DNA of 64,000 nucleotides from assembly GCA_030754595.1 (NCBI GenBank), contig JASLZZ010000084.1, forward strand, positions 1 through 64,000, in the 5' to 3' direction. Below, piece after piece: positions 58,496 to 64,000 of the stretch. The notes beneath the pieces are model-generated. The model saw only the letters and a list, made by a program, of their open reading frames with translations. It was not told where the DNA came from and made no database searches. The position numbers and the translations under genes are program-made. Every line of letters starts with the position of its first letter. Positions within the stretch are counted from its first letter, which is position 1. This DNA comes from Nitrospinota bacterium (GTDB taxonomy: Bacteria; UBA8248).

Positions 58496-59353
58496 CTACT
58501 TCGGCTTGCAGGCGAAGGGCCAAACAACCTTGGCGCCCTCGGGGACGATTTTTCCGGTGGTCGTTTTGTAGGCGAATTTTACGGATTTTTGATCGTCCGG
58601 CAGGGCTTTTAGCTCGGCTGACTTCGTAGGCCCTCCCTTGTAGAGCGCCATCGGATCCATCCACTCTCCCTTGAGGGGCACGAAAATCCGCTTGGCGATG
58701 TATTTGTTCCCCGGACTGAAAAAGGCGGTGAAGTGAAGATGCGCGTGCCCGAGCGAGCCGTAGTAGCCTCCCTGGGTGCCGGTGTCGCCGGAGGGGGCGA
58801 TGACCTCGCCCATTTCGACCCGCTGGCCGATCTCAAGGTCCGGCATCTCGCGCAGGTGCTTGTACTCGGTATAGGTCCAGACGCCGAGGCCGGTATCCTC
58901 GGGCGAATGCTGGAGCATCATCCCGATCCCGCCGATGCCCTCGCCCTCTTTCTTTTGAATAACCCGCCCGGCAGCGACGGCGAGGATGGGCGTACCCTCC
59001 GGCGCGGGAATGTCCATCCCGCCGTGGTAGCCGTTGTAGTATTTCTGGGTGCGAAAGCTCCCGTCCCCCCGCGAATCGGAGCCGAACGGCGAGTTCATGA
59101 TCAGGCAATCGGCGTTCTTGGGATAAACGGGCACTAGGCCCGTCTCAACAAAGCCCTTCGCCCGCATATGGTCAAGGTCCGCCATCTTGGAAGAGAAGGC
59201 GCCGATGATCTCGGGGCTGGGCCGCCCGCCAGGGCCCTTTCTCTTCATCCCGCCGCCGCCCATTCCTCTTCGGCCCCGCTGGGAGTCCGCGCTATCCACA
59301 GCGGCAAGGCAGATGGCGGCCACCAGCAAAACAAGCAGCGACAAACGTTTCAT
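58496..59353 (-). CDS. Secreted M23-family metallopeptidase
   Basis: Signal peptide; HGGMD (HxxxD), YKHL, HLHF. Confidence 0.85.
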   Translation of the reverse strand: MKRLSLLVLLVAAICLAAVDSADSQRGRRGMGGGGMKRKGPGGRPSPEIIGAFSSKMADLDHMRAKGFVETGLVPVYPKNADCLIMNSPFGSDSRGDGSFRTQKYYNGYHGGMDIPAPEGTPILAVAAGRVIQKKEGEGIGGIGMMLQHSPEDTGLGVWTYTEYKHLREMPDLEIGQRVEMGEVIAPSGDTGTQGGYYGSLGHAHLHFTAFFSPGNKYIAKRIFVPLKGEWMDPMALYKGGPTKSAELKALPDDQKSVKFAYKTTTGKIVPEGAKVVWPFACKPK

Positions 59354-59380
59354 GGCGTCTCTCCTCTTATCCGGAGTTGA

Positions 59381-59986
59381 TCATCCTGGGATGTTCATGT
59401 TCGCCGTGTCATCGGGCTGGAACCCGATCCGCTCGCCCGGAGGCTCGGGCAGAAGGTGAAGCGCCTCGGCGACGCGGTTCGAGCAATTGGTGAACCTGGC
59501 GACGGCGGTGAGGGTGATGATGTCCCTGTCGTCGAAATTGCGGCGCACCGCCCCCCAGGCCGCCTCGTCGGTCTTGGCGGTCATCCTGGTCACGGCCTCG
59601 GCCCAGCCGATGACCGCCTTTTCCCGCTCGTTGAACAGGCCGCTCTCGCGCCACCCGTCTCCCGAGAGCAGTTCGGTGTGTTCGTGCGTGTAACCCAGAG
59701 CCCGACCGAGCTCTTCGTTGTGCGCGTATCAGTGGCTGCAGGCGTTGATGGCGCTCGCCTTGACGATCATCAACTCCTCGAGCTTGACGAACTCGACCTC
59801 GCCGGATTTGAGGCGCTCGAGCCGCAGCCCCTTGTCCTTGGCGAGCCAGGCCCGGACGAAGGCGGGCGCCCGGCCCATGAGCCTGAACAGGTTCGGCACG
59901 CTTCCCCACTGGCGCTTGCTCTCCTCGAAAAGATCGGCCACCTCGGCGGGGGTTTCCACTTCGTCGCAAAACGGTATTCTCGGCAT
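59381..59986 (-). CDS. AhpD/carboxymuconolactone-decarboxylase-like selenoprotein (C-S-H-U, Sec at codon 86)
   Basis: AGGAG RBS; VPNLFRLM...ASAINACSH-U-YAH continues through TGA (59731-59729) into FNEREKAVIGWAEAVT...NRV; 201 aa. Confidence 0.9.
59692..59719 (-). promoter_or_regulatory. Candidate bacterial SECIS element
   Basis: Upper stem AGAGCUC/GGGCUCU, apical loop GGUC starting at +22 after UGA, short lower stem AAC/GUU. Confidence 0.75.
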
Positions 59987-60488
59987 CGGTTCACTCTCCT
60001 CGACTTTACGGGCGGCGCGCCGAAGGATGTAGATGAAGCGGCCCGGTCCGGGGAAAAAAAATTCAAAATTCGTTATTCGGGCAGTACTATCATGAATTAT
60101 GCGGTAATGCTCTCCCTTTTTCAATTCCGGCCAACGCTCGTCGGCCCGGGCCGGCGGCGCCGCGTGTTCAGGAACGGGATTGGTGCGGTCTCGTATGTTT
60201 GGCCGGATTCACTGGGCCCTGAGAGTGTCCCAGGCGACGGGGGCCGGCGTTTCGGATCATGAATGGGATTTGGAGAACATTGTGGATTTAGGCTGAAACC
60301 GACCCGCCGCCCGTAATTGGCATAAATTTTATTATTTAAGGCAGCGCTTTTTTAATTTGCCGGGTGAAATGTTGAAAAATGATCGCCCGGGAAAATGCAT
60401 AATCCCGATTCTTTCACTATAACGGGGCTAACGGCTTTTATTGCCGGGACAGCCCCTTTTTTTATTGACGCCCTGGAATTAATTTGTG

Positions 60489-61350
60489 ATGGAAGAGTCG
60501 AGGAAGTATTTCGAGCGAGCGCTTGTCGAGGTGGACGCCCTGCCTCCCATCTCGAAGGTTTTCCATAAAATCATGGAACTCACCAACGAGGGCGAGGCCG
60601 CGCGCGCGGAGTTGATTCACTGCGTCTCGCTCGATCAGGGAATCGCGTCGAAAGTTTTTCAGACGATCAATTCGGCCTATTTCGGGATACGCCAGGAAAT
60701 TTCCAGTCTCGAGGTGGCGGTGGGCCTGCTGGGCGACAGAGAGATTCGCGACATCGCCATGATATGCGCCTCCTCGGGTCTGCTTCGGTGCAACATCCGT
60801 GGCTACGGAATTCCGGCCGATCAACTCTGGTTTCACTCGGTCGCGGCGGCGGTCGCCGGGCGCCTGATCGCGGCCCGCCTTCTGCCGGATATGAAAGAGG
60901 CCGCGTTCGCGGCGGGCCTGCTCCACGACATCGGCAAGCTGGTGATAGACCGTTTGATCGAGGAGCCGGAGCGGGAAGTTTTCAAGGAGCTGGCCGAGGA
61001 GATTTCCCCGGGGGTATCACTCCACGGAGATGGACCTGTACGGATTCGATCACTGCACCATCGGATTTTTCCTCGCCCGTAAATGGAATTTCTCCGAAGA
61101 GTTGACCGCGGCGATCGCCTTTCACCACTACCCCGATTTCGATGTCGCTCAAAGGGAATTTATCCGGGTGGTCTGCGCCGCCGACCTGATGGCTCATCTG
61201 GCGGAATCGGAGGAACTCGAGCCGGGCCAGGTGGCCTCCCTCAAGGAGGAGGGCAAGATTCCCATCGAACTCTCCCACCCCTAGGTCGAGGAAATTTTCC
61301 AAAACCTGATTGAAGAAATCGACGAATCCCGGTCATATCTGAGGATATAG
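60489..61350 (+). pseudogene. HDOD-domain protein with a frameshift and an in-frame TAG
   Basis: LPPIS, DQGIASKV..INSAYFG, LWFHS, GLLHDIGK; one extra base in CCCCGGGGG (61006-61014), then EMDLYGFDHCTIG..LARKWNF; TAG at 61282 followed by VEEIFQNLIEEIDESRSYLRI. Confidence 0.85.
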
Positions 61351-61664
61351 CTCAACAAATCGGGGCGCTTTCGGGCCAACCCCCCCGGAGGTCCTTTCCG
61401 CCCTCCCATCCGGCCCCCTTCCGAACCCCCTCGAATAGCCGGAAATTCGGATTTTTTCGGGGTTTATGGCTTCGCCCGTCTTGATTCGGGCGGGGACATC
61501 GTGTAAATGACGTTGGACCTGTTCCGCATGTCCACCCGTCCGATTCCTAAACGCCCCGGTGGAGCCAATGTTCACCCGCTTCCCGTAAAGCATCAGAGAA
61601 AAAAAAGGTAAAGATTTATTCATTATATGGGTTTCTGGCTGGAGAAGGCCGCGATTGGAGCGTC

Positions 61665-62639
61665 ATGAAAATTCTGATTACGGGAGGCGCCGGATTCATC
61701 GGCTCTCATCTCGCGTCCGAGCTTTTTGAACGCGGACACGAAATAACCATCATCGACAACTTTTCGACCGGACGAAAGGATAATCTTCGTCACCTCGCGC
61801 CGAACTCCGGGATTCGTGTGGAGGAGGGCAGCATCCTCGACGCAGAGGTCATCGAGCCCCTCGTCGCGGATTGCGACGAGGTCTACCATCTGGCGGCGGC
61901 CGTGGGCGTTCGCCTCATTCTGGAGAATCCCGTCGAGACCATCATGACGAACGTCCGGGGCGCCGAGGTGACCCTGGATCTGTGCCGAAAGCATTCGAAG
62001 AAAATTTTCATCGCTTCGACCTCCGAGGTTTATGGGAAGAACAATAACGGCTCCCTCGGCGAGGATGACGACAGGATTCTGGGAACGACCAAGAAACAAC
62101 GATGGGCCTATGCCAACACGAAGACCCTGGACGAATTCCTCGCTCTGGCCTATCACCAGGCCTACGGCCTCCCCGTGGTGATCGCCCGGTTGTTCAACAC
62201 CGTGGGCCCCCGGCAGACCGGACGCTATGGAATGGTGATTCCGAATTTCGTGCGGGCGGCGCTGGACGGGAAACCCATTTGCGTTTTCGGGTCCGGAAAA
62301 CAGTCGCGCTGCTTCGCCCATGTGAACGATGTGGTGAAAGGCATTATCGGTTTGATGGCGCACCCGGACGCTGTCGGGGATGTTTTCAATGTCGGCAACA
62401 ACGAGGAAATCACCATCGAGGAGCTTGCCCTCCGGGTGAAGAAGCTCTCGGGCTCGTCCTCCGAGATCCAGTATATCCCCTACGAAGAGGCCTACGGGGA
62501 CGGATACGAGGACATGGAGCGGCGCGTCCCCAGTTTGAAGAAAATCAAAGGCCTCATCGGGTACGAGACCCGTGAGCGGCTGGACGACATTCTCCGGTCG
62601 GTGATCGCGTATTTCAGGGAAAACGCCTCGGACAGCTGA
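61665..62639 (+). CDS. NAD-dependent nucleotide-sugar epimerase/dehydratase
   Basis: ITGGAGFIGSHL, HLAAAVGV, STSEVYG, YANTK, FNTVGPRQ. Confidence 0.92.
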   Translation: MKILITGGAGFIGSHLASELFERGHEITIIDNFSTGRKDNLRHLAPNSGIRVEEGSILDAEVIEPLVADCDEVYHLAAAVGVRLILENPVETIMTNVRGAEVTLDLCRKHSKKIFIASTSEVYGKNNNGSLGEDDDRILGTTKKQRWAYANTKTLDEFLALAYHQAYGLPVVIARLFNTVGPRQTGRYGMVIPNFVRAALDGKPICVFGSGKQSRCFAHVNDVVKGIIGLMAHPDAVGDVFNVGNNEEITIEELALRVKKLSGSSSEIQYIPYEEAYGDGYEDMERRVPSLKKIKGLIGYETRERLDDILRSVIAYFRENASDS

Positions 62640-62695
62640 TGGGCGTTGCCGGCGGGTTATCTCGCGGGCGAAATTAGTTATGGAGATGTGTACGC

Positions 62696-63652
62696 ATGGA
62701 TCGTGTATTGGTGACGGGGGGCGGGGGGTTCATCGGCTCCCATCTGGTGCGGGCGCTTCTCGCCGAAGGCTACGCCGTCCGGGTGGTGGACAATTTTTAT
62801 TCCGGCCGGAGGGAAAACCTGAGCGATGTGCTGGGCGACATCGAACTGATCGACGACTCCGACGGAATCGTTTCGGAGAGAATTTGCGGCGAGGCCGTTC
62901 GGGACGTGAAATGTATCCTCCACCAGGGGGCGATACCGTCGGTCCACCGCTCGCTGGAGGATCCTGTCCTCACCAACCGGGTGAACGTCGGGGGGGCGCT
63001 GACTCTTCTCGAGGCGGCGCGAAAGGCCGGGGTCTCGCGGTTCGTTTATGCGTCGTCTTCCTCGATTTACGGGAACGCCGAGGGCGATGTCCGGAGCGAG
63101 GAAGACGCCCCCCAGCCGCTTTCGCCGTACGCGGTCTCGAAGCTGGCCGCCGAGAAATATGCGATGATGTACCACCAGTTGCACGGGCTCGAGACGGTGG
63201 GCCTCCGTTATTTTAATGTGTTCGGACCGCGCCAGGACCCGAATTCTCCGTATTCGGCGGTGATCCCGCTATTCGCGCGGGCTCTCCTGGCCGGGGATTC
63301 TCCCCAAATATTCGGGGACGGCCATCAATCGCGCGACTTTACGTTCATCGACAACGTGGTGGCGGGGAATCTGCTTGCCATGAAGGCCGGCCGCGTGGGC
63401 GGCGAGGTGATCAATCTGGCGGCCGGAAGCAATCATTCGGTGAACGATTTGTTCGGGAAGCTCCGGGGAATCATCGGCGCCGAGGGAATCGAAGCCACCT
63501 ACTCTCCCGCCCGGAAAGGTGACGTATTCCGCTCCCAGGCCGATATCTCGAAAGCGAAAAAACGATTGGGTTATGAGATCAAGGTGTCTTTTGACGAGGG
63601 TCTCAGCCGGACGGTGGATTGGTACCGTTCTTTCTCCGATGGGCATTTATAA
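62696..63652 (+). CDS. NAD-dependent nucleotide-sugar epimerase (WbpP-like)
   Basis: TGGGGFIGS, HQGAIPSV.RS, SSSSIYG, YAVSK, YFNVFGPRQDPNSPYSAVIP. Confidence 0.92.
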   Translation: MDRVLVTGGGGFIGSHLVRALLAEGYAVRVVDNFYSGRRENLSDVLGDIELIDDSDGIVSERICGEAVRDVKCILHQGAIPSVHRSLEDPVLTNRVNVGGALTLLEAARKAGVSRFVYASSSSIYGNAEGDVRSEEDAPQPLSPYAVSKLAAEKYAMMYHQLHGLETVGLRYFNVFGPRQDPNSPYSAVIPLFARALLAGDSPQIFGDGHQSRDFTFIDNVVAGNLLAMKAGRVGGEVINLAAGSNHSVNDLFGKLRGIIGAEGIEATYSPARKGDVFRSQADISKAKKRLGYEIKVSFDEGLSRTVDWYRSFSDGHL

Positions 63653-63816
63653 TGTTTCGCGCGATACTGGGCACCCTCCGGGAACTTTTTGAGTTCATGT
63701 GGGAGAACAAGATCTGGTGGATGGCGCCGATCGTGATCGTGTTGCTGCTCTTTTCGGGCCTGATGTTCATGGCCCAGTCGAGCGCGCTGGCGCCGTTCGT
63801 ATATACGTTGTTCTAG
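63652..63816 (+). CDS. DUF5989/SxtK-like small membrane protein
   Basis: ELFEFMWENKIWWMAPIVIVLLL...SALAPFVYTLF; TAATG overlap with the upstream stop; 54 aa. Confidence 0.8.
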   Translation: MFRAILGTLRELFEFMWENKIWWMAPIVIVLLLFSGLMFMAQSSALAPFVYTLF

Positions 63817-63834
63817 GAGCGCGGGGAGCGGGCG

Positions 63835-64000
63835 ATGCTGAAGAGGCTGTGGGAGGGCTGGAAGCGGCTGGCGAAGTGGATCGCTTGGTTCAACTCGCTC
63901 GTTTTGTGCACGATTCTTTATTTCGTCCTCCTCCCGCTGGTGGCGATACCGTTTCGCCTGTTCAAGGACCCCCTCCGCCTCGACGGCCCGGCCGAGTTCG
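63835..64000 (+). CDS. SxtJ-like membrane protein (partial, runs off the window)
   Basis: GGAG RBS; MLKRLWEGWKRLAKWIAWFNSLVLCTILYFVLLPLVAIPFRLFKDPLRL. Confidence 0.7.
   Translation, partial: MLKRLWEGWKRLAKWIAWFNSLVLCTILYFVLLPLVAIPFRLFKDPLRLDGPAEF

Noticed and set aside
61282..61284. In-frame TAG as possible pyrrolysine or read-through
   Set aside because: The gene is also frameshifted, the site is non-catalytic and no pyl genes are seen; a nonsense mutation is simpler
63652..64000. Saxitoxin biosynthesis
   Set aside because: sxtJ/K-like genes occur outside toxin clusters and no core sxt genes are present
1..64000. CRISPR arrays, tRNA/rRNA (including selC) and defence systems
   Set aside because: No regularly spaced repeats, cloverleaf or defence-gene signatures seen by eye; the lone EEP and HD genes are not enough

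Overview
GC-rich bacterial window dominated by catabolic enzymes, with no rRNA, tRNA or CRISPR array detected. It carries four FrsA/2,6-dihydroxypseudooxynicotine-hydrolase-like alpha/beta hydrolases, three acetolactate-synthase-like ThDP enzymes, two LLM oxidoreductases, SuyAB-like and ComDE-like genes, an amidase, a CoA ligase, M20/M23/M24/M28 enzymes, acyl-CoA dehydrogenases and ABC/DASS transport parts. It starts in the right end of an IS3-family element and ends at the start of a sugar-epimerase/SxtK-SxtJ-like cluster. The main result is two genes split in the ORF track by an in-frame TGA at a redox-Cys position, each followed by a SECIS-like hairpin, so probably selenoproteins: a UGSC-family protein (39987-40517) and an AhpD/CMD-like CxxU protein (59381-59986, minus strand). 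The UGSC gene is second in a tight 8-gene operon with a divergent succinate-dehydrogenase-like complex (FAD-binding His replaced, active-site Thr replaced by Glu, only one membrane anchor), a split class I Fe-S hydro-lyase and a carbamoylase-type hydrolase, divergent from a DASS transporter. This is the best candidate for an uncharacterised system. Several broken genes (TAXI/TRAP, EAL, VOC, haloalkane dehalogenase, HDOD) indicate decay and/or assembly errors. All family calls come from motif recognition by eye; no database searches were run.
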